Positions 13,069 to 24,677 of a stretch of DNA of 64,000 bases are shown piece after piece (the first letter of the stretch is position 1; the number at the start of each line of letters is the position of its first letter). The notes below the pieces were generated by a model that saw only the letters and a program-made list of their open reading frames with translations, had not been told where the DNA came from and searched no databases. The translations under genes and the position numbers were made by a program. Source of the stretch: Haliotis rubra (lineage: Eukaryota); NCBI RefSeq assembly GCF_003918875.1, contig NW_025766002.1, positions 496,001 through 560,000 of the forward strand. The letters run 5' to 3'.

Positions 13069-13137
13069 CTGCATTGTCATCTGTGCTTCCCCAGCCCGAT
13101 GATCTACCGCCACCACCTCCTCCGTAGCTTGAGGAGT
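13069..13137 (-). CDS. DDX43: DDX43-like exon 8 (Gly-rich linker)
   Basis: cag|DSSSYGGGGGGRSSGWGSTDDNA|gtgaag; 69 nt, phase 1-1. Confidence 0.78.
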
Positions 13138-13826
13138 CTGAAAATAATACAGTGTTTCAATAAGGCAGAAATAATACTAAAACATGGTTTGCTAGTTTCT
13201 TGCAATATTCCAGCTATATGGCGGAGGTCTGTAACTAATCAATCCAGTGATTAACAGCATGAGCATCGACCTACCCAACTGGGATATGATGACATGTGTC
13301 CACCAAGTCTGCAAGCCTGACAACCCATTCTGTTAGTCGCCTCTTATGACAAGCATGGATTACTGAAGACCAATTCTAACCCAGACCTCCATGAGTCTGA
13401 GAAATGGAAGGACTTTGACAGTTTTTAAATGTCAAACACAGACCATAATTTCACATATTTACACAAATATAGAAAACTGGCCCTCGGTTAATGGTCCAGT
13501 GCTATGAAATGCAGCCTTCAAACACAACACTTGTTGTTGTTTAATACTATGGTATGTCATCATCCTGATATATGATGGTCATTTGGAAGTAACAGAGTCT
13601 GGATGAGTGACAGGGTATAAAATTGCTCGCGTACTCTGGTACAGTGGTACATGTAAAATCACTTGCCCTGATAATTTTTCCACAATACCGGCCGATTATT
13701 AAAATAAACAACATAATTAACATTGGAAAGTCAACTGGACACCGGTACAGTGTGATAGACAAATTTGCTTGCCCGACAGAAAAAACACTGGACTGGGACG
13801 TCGGGCAATGAGTTATTTCCACCCCT

Positions 13827-14064
13827 GAGTGAGTGAGTGAGTGAGCAATCAGCAATATTCCAGCTATATGGCGGCGGTCTGTAAATCATCGAGTCTGGAC
13901 CAGGCAATCCAGTGAGCAACAGCATGAGCATTGTTCTGCGCAATTGGGAACCAATGACGTGTGTCAACCGAGTCAGCGAGCCTGACCACCCGATCCCGTT
14001 AGTCGCCTCTTACGACAAGCATGGGTTACTGAAGATCAATATTCTAACCCGGACCTTCACGGGT
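13827..14064 (-). mobile_element. SINE-like family B
   Basis: Near-consensus copy. Confidence 0.88.
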
Positions 14065-14251
14065 GACTCTGGATGAGACAATCCAAGGAATGACATCATG
14101 GGCATTGATCTGTTCAACTGGGATATGACATGCTTCAACAAAGTCAGCAATCTGGACGAACCGTTCCTGTCAGTTGCCTCTAACGACAAGCACTTGTTGC
14201 TGAAGACCCAAAACGTACAGACAACAAGCAGAAGATGTAGTGAAAACTTAC

Positions 14252-14363
14252 CATTAAATGATTCTGTGAGTTCCTTTATCATGTCTTCAGCTTGTGTTCG
14301 AGCCTGGTCACTGCCAGTCAGGATCACGATAACCTTCCCATCTTCTGTCTCATTTCTCGTCAC
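14252..14363 (-). CDS. DDX43: DDX43-like exon 7 (KH2 C-terminal half)
   Basis: cag|VTRNETEDGKVIVILTGSDQARTQAEDMIKELTESFN|gtaagt; 112 nt. Confidence 0.9.
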
Positions 14364-14793
14364 CTGAACATTTGACAAAACCCTGACACTGCTTTAAACA
14401 GTATTACATGTACACCATTGTATGGTGGCTTGATTTGGAAAGGAACCCTGAAGTTATTGAATGTAGGAGAAATTCACAACTGGAAAGGGGCAGTAACTCT
14501 TTCAGGTATTTTGAAATGAATTTTCTGGTTGGTGCGATGTTAACCCACTTACAGCCTAATAAATTTAAAAATAAACAAGAGTTGTTTATTGCAAAATAAA
14601 ACACTGTAGGGAGCACATCCAAGATGATAACTCACTACCCATTTAAAAACAGCTTCGACCTTTTTAAGTCATAAAGCTGTGTGTTTTGAATCTCCAGAAT
14701 TGACATCAGGATGGAACAATTATTGTGAAATAACCATATTTTGTTTGCAGTTGTTCTAAATGATTTATCTGATAGCTGCATTAAAACAATTAC

Positions 14794-14849
14794 TTTGATG
14801 CCTGCTCCACTTTCATCTTGAAGCTCTCGTATTTTGGATCCACCTTTAC
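14794..14849 (-). CDS. DDX43: DDX43-like exon 6 (KH2 GxxG loop)
   Basis: cag|GKGGSKIRELQDESGAGIK|gtaatt; 56 nt. Confidence 0.9.
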
Positions 14850-14856
14850 CTGTAAC

Positions 14857-15491
14857 ATGGACAGAGACAGGTGAGATAGTGTTTGTTGTTTTAATGACAC
14901 AGTCAGCAGAATGGACAGAGACAGGTGAGATAGTGTTTGTTGTTTTAATGACACAGTCAGCAGAATGGACAGAGACAGGTGAGATAGTGTTTGTTGTTTT
15001 AATGACACAGTCAGTAGAATGGACAGAGACAGGTGAGATAGTGTTTGTTGTTTTAATGACACAGTCAGCAGAATGGACAGAAACAGGGGAGATAGTATTT
15101 GTTGTTTTAATGACACAGTCAGCAGAATGGACAGAGACAGGTGAGATAGTGTTTGTTGTTTTAATGAATGGACACAGTCACAGAATGGACAGAAACAGGG
15201 GAGATAGTAGAACCGTCAGCAGAATGGACAGAGACAGGTGAGATAGTGTTTGTTGTTTTAATGACACAGTCAGCAGAATGGACAGAGACAGGTGAGATAT
15301 GTTTTAATGACAGAGTCAGCAGAATGGACAGAAACAGGGGAGATAGTGTTTGTTGTTTTAATGACACAGTCAGCAGAATGGACAGAGACAGGTGAGATAG
15401 TGTTTGTTGTTTTAATGACACCGTCAGCAGAATGGACAGAGACAGGGGAGAAAGTTGTTTAAATGACACAGTCAGCAGAATGGACAGAAAC
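14857..15491. repeat. 54-bp minisatellite abutting the exon 6 acceptor
   Basis: Unit atggacagagacaggtgagatagtgtttgttgttttaatgacacagtcagcaga. Confidence 0.95.
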
Positions 15492-15540
15492 AATTAAGAT
15501 CATGTTTGTGGCCGAATGTATTTCAGCTGCAGGTTAATTA

Positions 15541-16980
15541 ATGGAATATTCAAGTACTGTAATGGCAGCCTACAAAGAACCAACTCTGGAATATTCCAGT
15601 ACTGTAATGGCAGTCTACAAAGAACCAACTCTGGAATATTCCAGTACTGTAATGGCAGCCTACAAATAACCAACTCTGGAATATTCCAGTACTGTAATGG
15701 CAGCCTACAAATAACCAACTCTGGAATATTCCAGTACTGTAATGGCAGTCTACAAAGAACCAACTCTGGAATATTCCAGTACTGTAATGGCAGCCTACAA
15801 AGAACCAACTCTGGAATATTCCAGTACTGTAATGGCAGGCTGGCAGTACAAAGAACCTACAAAGAACCAACTCTGGAATATTCCAGTAGTGGCACTCTAC
15901 AAAGAACCAACTCTGGCAGCCTACAAAGAACCAACTCTGAATATTCCAGTACTGTAATGGCAGCCTACAAATAACCAACTCTGGAATATTCCAGTACTGT
16001 AGTACTGTGGCAGCCTACAAAGCCAAAGACCAACTCTGGAATATTCCAACCAACTCTGGAATATTCCAGTACTGTAATGGCAGTCTACAAAGAACCAACT
16101 CTGGAATATTCCAGTACTGTAATGGCAGCCTACAAAGAACCAACTCTGACAACTCTGGTAACTCTGGAATATTCCAGTACTGTAATGGCAGTCTACAAAG
16201 AAACCAACTCTGGAATATTCCAGTACTGTAATGGCAGCCTACAAAGAACCAACTCTGGAATATTCCAGTACTAATGGAACCAACTCATATTCCAGTATTG
16301 TAATGGCAGCCTACAAAGAACCAACTCTGGAATATTCCAGTACTGTAATGGCAGCCTACAAAGAACCAACTCTGGAATATTCCAGTACTGTAATGGCAGC
16401 CTACAAAGAACCAACTCTACTGTAGCTCTACAAAGTACAGAACCAACTCTGGAATATTCCAGTACTGTAATGGCAGCCTACAAAGAACCAACTGGAATAT
16501 TCAGTACTGTAATGGCAGCCTACAAAGCAACTCTGGAATATTCCAGTACTACAAATGGCAGCTGGAATATTCTACAAATAACCAACTCTGGAATATTCCA
16601 GTACTGTAATGGCAGCCTACAAAGAACCAACTCTGGAATATTCCAGTACTGTAATGGCAGCCTACAAAGAACCAACTCTGGAATATTCCAGTACTGTAAT
16701 GGCAGCCTACAAAGAACCAACTCTGGAATATTCCAGTACTGTAATGGCAGTCTACAAAGAACCAACTCTGGAATATTCCAGTACTGTAATGGCAGCCTAC
16801 AAATAACCAACTCTGGAATATTCCAGTACTGTAATGGCAGCCTACAAATAACCAACTCTGGAATAGTCCAGTACTGTAATGGCAGTCTACAAAGAACCAA
16901 CTCTGGAATACTCCAGTACTGTAATGGCAGCCTACAAAAAAACAACTCTGGAATATTCCAGTACTGCGATGGCAGCCAAA
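15541..16980. repeat. 45-bp minisatellite, ~30 copies
   Basis: Unit ctggaatattccagtactgtaatggcagcctacaaagaaccaact. Confidence 0.95.
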
Positions 16981-17465
16981 CCAGTGATTGCTGTAATGAA
17001 TGTATGCGTTGGTATCAATGCTGCTGTAGCCCAAAGTGATGAAGGTCTAATATGTTTAACCCTTAGGTAAAACACAAAAGCATGGGTACGGTATCAGTAT
17101 CTGGCAAGCAAACGAAATGCAAAGTGAATTCCAACGAATTTGATGACCGGGGCATTTCATAATCATTGACCCCTGTGCTTGAGGTACAAAACATCAGCCA
17201 TGTCACTAAACTATGACAACCTGTACCGTGAAATTGCCTCATATTGGGGTTAAGTGGACCTGTGAATCAGAATTCCTTGTGGCTTGCTCCTACCACAAGT
17301 ATGAAGTGGAGGCAGCCTAATTCAGACCAGGAATTCACTGTTGTAGTTAGTGAACGAGTTTATCTGTTCCAGTTAAATGATCTTTTGTTTCAAATACCAT
17401 AGCAGAAAAACATGATTTCTAAACAGTGACGACATATATGAAACTTGTTTTGAACAAAACCGTAC

Positions 17466-17546
17466 CAATAATTCTTCCTACACAGCTCTGGTCCACATAC
17501 ATTTCTGTCTTTTCTGAGCTTGAGCCCCACACCTTGTCTCCATTTT
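17466..17546 (-). CDS. DDX43: DDX43-like exon 5 (start of KH2)
   Basis: cag|ENGDKVWGSSSEKTEMYVDQSCVGRII|gtacgg; 81 nt. Confidence 0.88.
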
Positions 17547-17753
17547 CTGGAATAACAGCATTTATAGTTCAAAAGTATTTGCACAAAGTGAAGACTAAGA
17601 ATGGAGAAGCTATATTCAAAGGACAATAGCCGAGAATGTTTTCCATTATTTTCTCTTAGTCAGCTGAAACTTGGTCTCAAACATTCAGATAATCTTGTCA
17701 TTCATTGAAATTATACTTATCTAAAAATTATTTTGAGTCAATTGAATGAAACA

Positions 17754-19055
17754 CAGTACAACCAGAAATTATTGAGAATTTAAAGATTGTAAATGTTTTT
17801 ATTTTTTTCCCTCATTACTCACGTATTAAATGTGAATATTAGCAGAACATAACTCCAGATTCAAAGACAGGTGAACAGTTAGTACTTTGTCAAGTCACCA
17901 TGGGCAGCAATGCAGGCTTCAATACGGCGGGGCATACTACTGATCAAAGAAGTTAGAAAGTCGTGATCCACGCTGTCCCAATATCGGACCACCTCTTCTT
18001 CATTTCAGCAATATTTGTGAGATTTTTCTTATTGACACTTTCCTTCATAAGTCCCCAAACATTTTCTATTGGATTTAGGTCAGGGCTATAGCTTGGCCAA
18101 TCTAATAATGTCATATTTTGGGTCCGAAACCAGGCCTGTGAATGCTTTGAACGATGTTTTGGGTCGTTGCCCTGCTGGAAAATCCAAACATTTCCATAGA
18201 ACACGTGAGAAGATGGAAGTAAATGTCCCTCGAGAATATTTGTGTACCGCTCACTGCTCATATACCCTTCAAATACACAGAGGGGCGTTGCCCCTAACAC
18301 AGATATGCCACCCCTCACGTTAAATTTCGGACTGTACTTTGGGCGCTGATACAAAGGTTTTTCAGTTTGTTTGGTCCAGAATTTCAGTGTATTAGGAAAC
18401 AGACACACACAGAACTTTCATCTGAGAAAATCACATTGTCCGAAAGTTAAAATTTCTATGCTGTAAGCACCAGTTCAACCTTCGCTCCTTTTGTTCAGGT
18501 TTCATGATCGGTGATGGAATTCCGAGACTTTTCAGCCAACCCATTGCATGCAGCTCAGTTCTAATTGTCTCCTTACAGACAGCCACAGTTCCCCTATCAA
18601 TCATATTCAGCCTTAAGTTTTCTTAACTCCTTTGTTTGTTTTTAGAAACAAGAATACCAAGCCGCCTCCTGTCACCGACAGTCAATTTTCTGGGCCTACC
18701 TGCGCCTCCCTGGTGCTCAATGCCATATCCATTTGCAATATTTTTCAAAACACGATAAACAGTGGACAAAGGGATGCCTGTTCTACTTGAAATCACTTTA
18801 GCTGATCTGATGTCCTTGTTATAATACTCTAAAATCAACTTCCTCTTCTCTAAATCATCCATACTGAGGATCACTGAAAATGTCCTCTGCTAGCAAGTAA
18901 ACAAAGGGGGATAACTCTTCACAAACTAATGAAAAGGATTAACGGAGTTGTCTCTCTTGAATGAAACCAAGCACTTGATAGCTGGTCAAGGTTGTTTATA
19001 CTAGAAATCCAATTAAACATATTCCTAAAATTCTCAATAATTTCTGGTCATACTA
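17754..19055 (-). mobile_element. Tc1/mariner (DD34E) transposon relic in DDX43 intron 4
   Basis: ~28-bp TIRs cagtacaaccagaaattattgagaattt (3 mismatches); broken transposase with HTH, GRPRK, FSDE, QQGNDPKH (catalytic D->G) and SPDLNPIE, 34-residue spacing. Confidence 0.9.
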
Positions 19056-19135
19056 TACCTTCATATGGAATGTCTGAGATGACCTGTATGACAATGAGAA
19101 AATATACAAAACATCAACTTCCGGAGTCAACTGAC

Positions 19136-19216
19136 CTGCCGAAGACCCCCAACTGTCCTCGCTGCGCCCCCTGCCTGAGCGTCCTCTGCCCCCTCGGTTG
19201 TTGCCAGCAGACAAAC
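19136..19216 (-). CDS. DDX43: DDX43-like exon 4 (RG-rich linker)
   Basis: cag|GLSAGNNRGGRGRSGRGRSEDSWGSSA|gtcagt; 81 nt, phase 1-1. Confidence 0.8.
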
Positions 19217-19907
19217 CTGTGGAATATGTGGACTGTCTGTTGCTTAAAGCCATTGTTAGACATCTGCCACTTTGCTGATACCTATGATCAGGGATATGGC
19301 GATGACAAATCAAATCAAATCAAATTGTGAACTTTGCATATATATCCAAGATCATAGATTCTGGGCATGCCTTGGGGATGTAACTCTACTGTATACTACT
19401 GGCAGGATAAGTTGAGCACCAACCTGACAATTGACCCGTATTGGCATGTATGAGTCTCGCCCACTGATGCTTACCATTGTTAGCGAAGGGGACCCAGGTT
19501 GTGCGCGATCAAGTGTAGTGCAACTTGCTACACTGACGTGAGAGTCTTATGAGCTGAGCAAGGCATGTGAAGCTACGCGCTGAATCAAGTTCATCATCAT
19601 GCAATGCACGTGCACTAGCCTACATCTGCTCTACCTTTCATAAACCAATTAGGTTTGCTCATTGCCGTGCAACGTCTACTTCTCGTAAACGCGTTCTCTG
19701 CGCCGGTCCAACTTATCCTTGTTTGCCAGTAATGACCTGTTCTGACTTGGAATGCCCACAGGGTCAGTTAATCATGTCCACAGGCATTCTAAAAAGCCTA
19801 CAGCATGTACAGCATCCCAGCCACAATAAATGCCTTGCTTCACATTCCAGTTGTCAACTGTGGTGAAAGGTAAACCTACAAACCCACAAAACAGTATCGT
19901 CTCTTAC

Positions 19908-20019
19908 CATTAAATGATTCTGTGAGTTCCTTGATCATGTCCTCTGCCTGTGTGCGAGCTTCATCACTGCCAGTTAGGACGACAAGTACCTGCCCATCTT
20001 CAGTCACATTTCTGTTCAC
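19908..20019 (-). CDS. DDX43: DDX43-like exon 3 (KH1 C-terminal half)
   Basis: cag|VNRNVTEDGQVLVVLTGSDEARTQAEDMIKELTESFN|gtaag; 112 nt. Confidence 0.9.
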
Positions 20020-20423
20020 CTGAGTTCAACAAAATTAAGGCTGCTACATACCTACACAAGACTTTTTGTGTGTGGTATGCATAACCACTTTTCAGTATGC
20101 TGTTGTAATTTCTTTCATTTATGGATAAACCTCAACAACAAAACCTACAAAACATCCCACATGGCTTTAGGGTAGCCTCGTGGTTAAAGTGTTTGCTTGT
20201 TACGCCCAGACTCGATTCCCCACATGGGTAAAATGCGTGAAGCCCATTTCTTGTGTCACCCGCTGCGATGTTGCTGGATATATTGCTAAAATCAGTGTAA
20301 AACTAAGCTCACTCACACACTAACATTCCACAAGTCCTGGCAGCATTTTTCTCCACATTAGTGTCTCATTGGAAGTAGAAAATCTACATATTTTATTGTC
20401 TGTCTATACTATCAGCCCAAAGA

Positions 20424-20593
20424 CTGACTGACTGACTGAGTTGGGTTTTACGCCGCTTTTAGCAATATTCCAGCTACATCCTGGCGGGGGACACCAGAAA
20501 TGGGCTTCACACATTGTACCCATGTGGGGATTCGAACCCGGGTCTTCGGCGTGACGAGCCAACACTCTAACCACTAGACTACCCCACCGCCCC
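20424..20593 (-). mobile_element. SINE family A
   Basis: Full copy; TSD tcagcccaaaga. Confidence 0.9.
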
Positions 20594-20784
20594 TCAGCCC
20601 AAAGAACGTTGAACTGTTTACAAGTTACTAATCATTGTCTGTTTTAAATTAGGGTTCTATTATGTATTTGGTACACGAATGATCCTTAGTATACAATAAC
20701 TACAAGTCATATAAACATAAATAAGAGGTGGATAAACACAGTTTACAGCTAATAAGATATCAAACACATCTGAGACTCCTGTAC

Positions 20785-20840
20785 CTTGATGTTTGCTCCA
20801 CTTGAATCTTGCAACTCTCGTATTTTCGATCCACCTCTCC
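20785..20840 (-). CDS. DDX43: DDX43-like exon 2 (KH1 GxxG loop)
   Basis: aag|GRGGSKIRELQDSSGANIK|gtac; 56 nt. Confidence 0.9.
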
Positions 20841-22082
20841 CTTGGATAATGAATAAATAGGATAAATGTTGAAAATGAACATGTACATCCTATTTTTGTT
20901 AAAGGCAAATAGAGTCTGAATCTGACACTTCATATTTCAATGACCAAATAGAGGCAGACCAAAACTTTGAAATAAGCAAGTTTGTTAGTTGTATAACGCC
21001 GCACTCAGCAATATTCCAGCTATATGACGGCGGTCTTTATATAATCAAGTCTGGACCAGACAGTCCAGTGATCAACTGCATGAGCATTGAGCCTACGCAA
21101 CTGGGATATGATGACACTTGCTGAAGGTAAATTCTAATCCTGATCATCAATAATATTTTTTGTTCAGAATAGAAGACATGTACAATGTAAATAAAGATGT
21201 CTAATGACTGGATACATATGAGTTTTCTGGGGGTTTTTATACATAAATACATCATTTACTCACACACCCATACTATAGTAATAAAGAAATAAATTCATTC
21301 ACATTGTCAATAATGTTTACTCTTGAAAAAGATTTCATATGGTTTTTATTTGTGATCCACAATAATATAATAAATATACAAGTAAAGGTGTCACAGACCA
21401 CAGACATGGGCGATCCAGGAATTTTGAAAGGGGGTCGAATCCCTGAACCCCACATTGGCTCCGCCAATGACAGACAGAATAGCATTTTGCTTGTTTTTGC
21501 TTCATAAGTTGTATGGTTGTGGGTGGGGGTGTTGTACACTGATTATGCCTGGGATGTGGGTATGGTACACTGAATTCATGGACATCAGGTTAAAGCATGG
21601 TGACTCTTTCATTGCATAATCATTCTTGACAATATTATCTTATGAATCTATCACGACAAACCTGTGCTGTTAGTACATTTTGTGTCAAACCAGTTAATTT
21701 ATAGAGTAGGAAAACATTAAGGTAACACACGTACAAGCATATCAAAACAAATGTAGGCGATATTGGTCATTTGGGAACCATAATAGTAAATTTAGCGATT
21801 CGGAAAGAGTTCCTTCCATTCCCCAACACTAAACCTAACTCTAAACCTAACCCTAAACCTAACTTAAATTTTGGACTTTTAGTCATTTTTGTGAGTTCTC
21901 TAGTAATTGTTCTGATAAGTTTTGTTAATAATTTTAGTATACATTAATTTATAAATATTATTTGGGATGGGGGAACGGGAGGAACACTTACCTGTTTATT
22001 TTTCTGTTATTAACAGGCCTAATTATTTGAGGGTATATATCTGTGTGCAAAACATTAGCAGGATAGAAAAGCACTCTCTTAC

Positions 22083-22284
22083 CAATGATTCTTCCAACGC
22101 AACTTTCCTCCACATACATTTTAGTTGTTTCATTCTCGAAGCTTGACTCTTGTTGCTCAGAATTCTGAGAACGCCAGTTGGAAGAATCTGACCTGTCCTT
22201 GTCATCAAACCCGCCGTCCCGTCTGAACCCCCCTCCCCCTCCCCGCCTTCCCCATCCTCTTCTACCCCGTTGACCAAACTCCAT
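22083..22284 (-). CDS. DDX43: DDX43-like helicase exon 1 (RGG-rich N-terminus, start of KH1)
   Basis: ATG at 22284; MEFGQRGRRGWGRRGGGGGF...MYVEESCVGRII; G|gtaag donor; 202 nt, phase 1. Confidence 0.85.
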
Positions 22285-24183
22285 TTTCCCGCTATGTATG
22301 AAAAGAGGCAAGATTTTCACGTGGTTTCAATCTGTCAAATTTCGTTTGAAACAAGTCGTGATCTAATATGTGATATAGTTATACGTTCTGGTACACCATG
22401 TTCATCATATTATAAAACGTATGCAGCGGCATGAGAAATAACAGTTATTATTTATAAGATACCGAAACTGAAAGTTCCACTCCATCTCTTCTACATGCCC
22501 GCAAGGAATATAGTGAGCTCCATGCACAGTTTCAGTGAGGTGAGTTTGAAGGTGTGTCTTCGATTAGAGCAACCTACCATGCTTACAAGCTTCGTGCTAA
22601 CTAAAAACCCTACCGTTTACATAATGGAGAATAATATGTTTCATTAAAAATACAGCTACCATAGGCGGGTTTATGTTAGTCTGTCTCACAGTCCCTGAAC
22701 CACATTATTTCCCCTACTGCCAAGCCCTCCTTGCAATGTTAAAGCCCTTAATGAAGCAAGTCTAGATTTCCCCGGGTTCAGGGAACCAGCTCACTGGGGC
22801 TCCTTTTCAATTAAAATGTGTGTTTTTTGTTACCATCAAAATTATTCAAGGACTAAGCGTTAATCTATGTTTATTTCAGTTCATGTGGCACCATGTTATA
22901 TAACAGAGTTGCTCTTGTGGGATTATGAATTCACGGAAAAGTTTAATCAGAGACCATATATATACCGATATGGTATATGGTCTCTGGTTTATGAACATAT
23001 TTTCAGTCTATATCTTTTTGTTGCAATGGGATTGTGGTTGGTTTTTATTTGCTTGTTTTTTTGTTGTTTTTGTTGTATATTTTTATCAAAATAACCTTCA
23101 GGTTGGGTCGGGGTGCGTTAAACATTGTAATATCCCTATGATATAACAACCCTAAAGAGGTGGCCACACTTGGTCTCTGCATAAACCTGTGTTTTCACAG
23201 ATTTGGGAGATTTAGAATCCGGGAATATCTAGACTTGCTCTCTTTATATTTATAATATTGCGTTTAGGGTTCTGTGAATGTTCAGGGACAGGGGACAGAC
23301 TATGGCAATGTAACTTAACCATGTTCTTAATACACCCGTTGATATCAGCTTTCATTGTTTAGGACAACTTACGATAAGTTTTGAGAATTTTCGAATTGCT
23401 CTGAAACTGTTAGAAGTGTGCTAGTAGACGGGACATGCGCCTGCATATACTTCGGGTCGATTCAACGAATGGGTGTAATGTATGTAGTCTTGTAGGGTGT
23501 ATTTAGGACTGGTCGGTGTTATCATTATTGTCACAGGAAATCATTTTCAAATGATTTTATGACACTAAGTTAAACATTGCGTCATGTTTTAAAATTGATT
23601 CTGTTCTACAGGATGCTTATTTAATTTCAGTTGGGCATTCACAACCCCGTTAAAGGTGGATTTTCCACTGATTAAGTTAAAGCTTTCAATCTCCCAAACA
23701 CCTTCAGTTAATTCTTCATGCTGCTAGCTGCATTAAACGGGTTTTTTTAATTTAAATATGTTTTCTACTAAACTGACGTGCAGTATGCGACATCCCATGG
23801 AGTCACGGAGACATTGAACATTACATGATGTCAACTACGGATATACCGAACTCAAAAGGCGCCACTAATTCTATTTCGTTATAACCGCAGTTCTCTATAC
23901 ACATTACGACTGTCAGACATCTTTTATCAAATCATGTTACCGCGCCATGTGAATAAAAAGAATTAGGAAAGTTTGCATTGAACTAAGCTTATACTTCTCA
24001 CACACGAGTAATGTACATTATGAATGGATCATTGAGACTGTTTCGTTGACATACATGTGTCGAACGTCACTACCTAAAGCGTTCTACTTACGATGTGCGT
24101 TTGCAATCAGAACTATTCCATCAATGATATCCTACATTCCAGTCGTCGCTATTATAGATCGAATATGTCCACCTCAGATGCTA

Positions 24184-24341
24184 GGGCGGTGGGGTGGCCT
24201 AGTGGTTAACGCGTTCGCTCGTCACGCCGAAGACCCGGGTTCGATTGCCATATGGGTACAATGTGTGGAGCCTATTTCTGGTGTCCCCGCCGTGATTGTG
24301 CTGGAATATTGCTAAAAGCGGCGTAAAACGAAACTCATTCA
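24184..24341 (+). mobile_element. SINE family A
   Basis: Full copy; TSD ctcagatgcta. Confidence 0.9.
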
Positions 24342-24595
24342 CTCAGATGCTACAGCCTAATCACTGTCTGCTGAAGTTCTTGAGCGAAAATTTATTAAAA
24401 GGTTGGTTTTTTTCGTATGTTATTAATGGAATAACTGTGCTAATTTCATGAGTAAAACACAACTTCGACTTGTGCAGAGGTTAGACACAAATTCTTATAT
24501 CTGTGCGCTTTTTTGAAAGGTCGTATCCGTTATTCCAGAGACTGCAATGGTCCAATCGAATAGAGCATACCACACAAAGGTGAAGGTTATCAAAG

Positions 24596-24677
24596 ATGGC
24601 TGACTCTGAAAGCACGAACTGGAATGTTGATATGGAAGTGAATTTATTTCACGCAATGAGACGACATAAGCCAGCTG
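24596..24677 (+). CDS. MRGBP: MRG/MORF4L-binding protein (Eaf7, NuA4/TIP60 subunit) exon 1
   Basis: MADSESTNWNVDMEVNLFHAMRRHKPA G|gtagg; matches the W..EVEV.LFHAM.GHKPVG family motif. Confidence 0.92.

Noticed and set aside
14790-17070. Repetitive ORFs (NSGIFQYCNGSLQRT etc.) and the CRISPR-like look of the arrays
   Set aside because: Pure tandem repeats with no unique spacers, no cas genes, and a eukaryotic intron context
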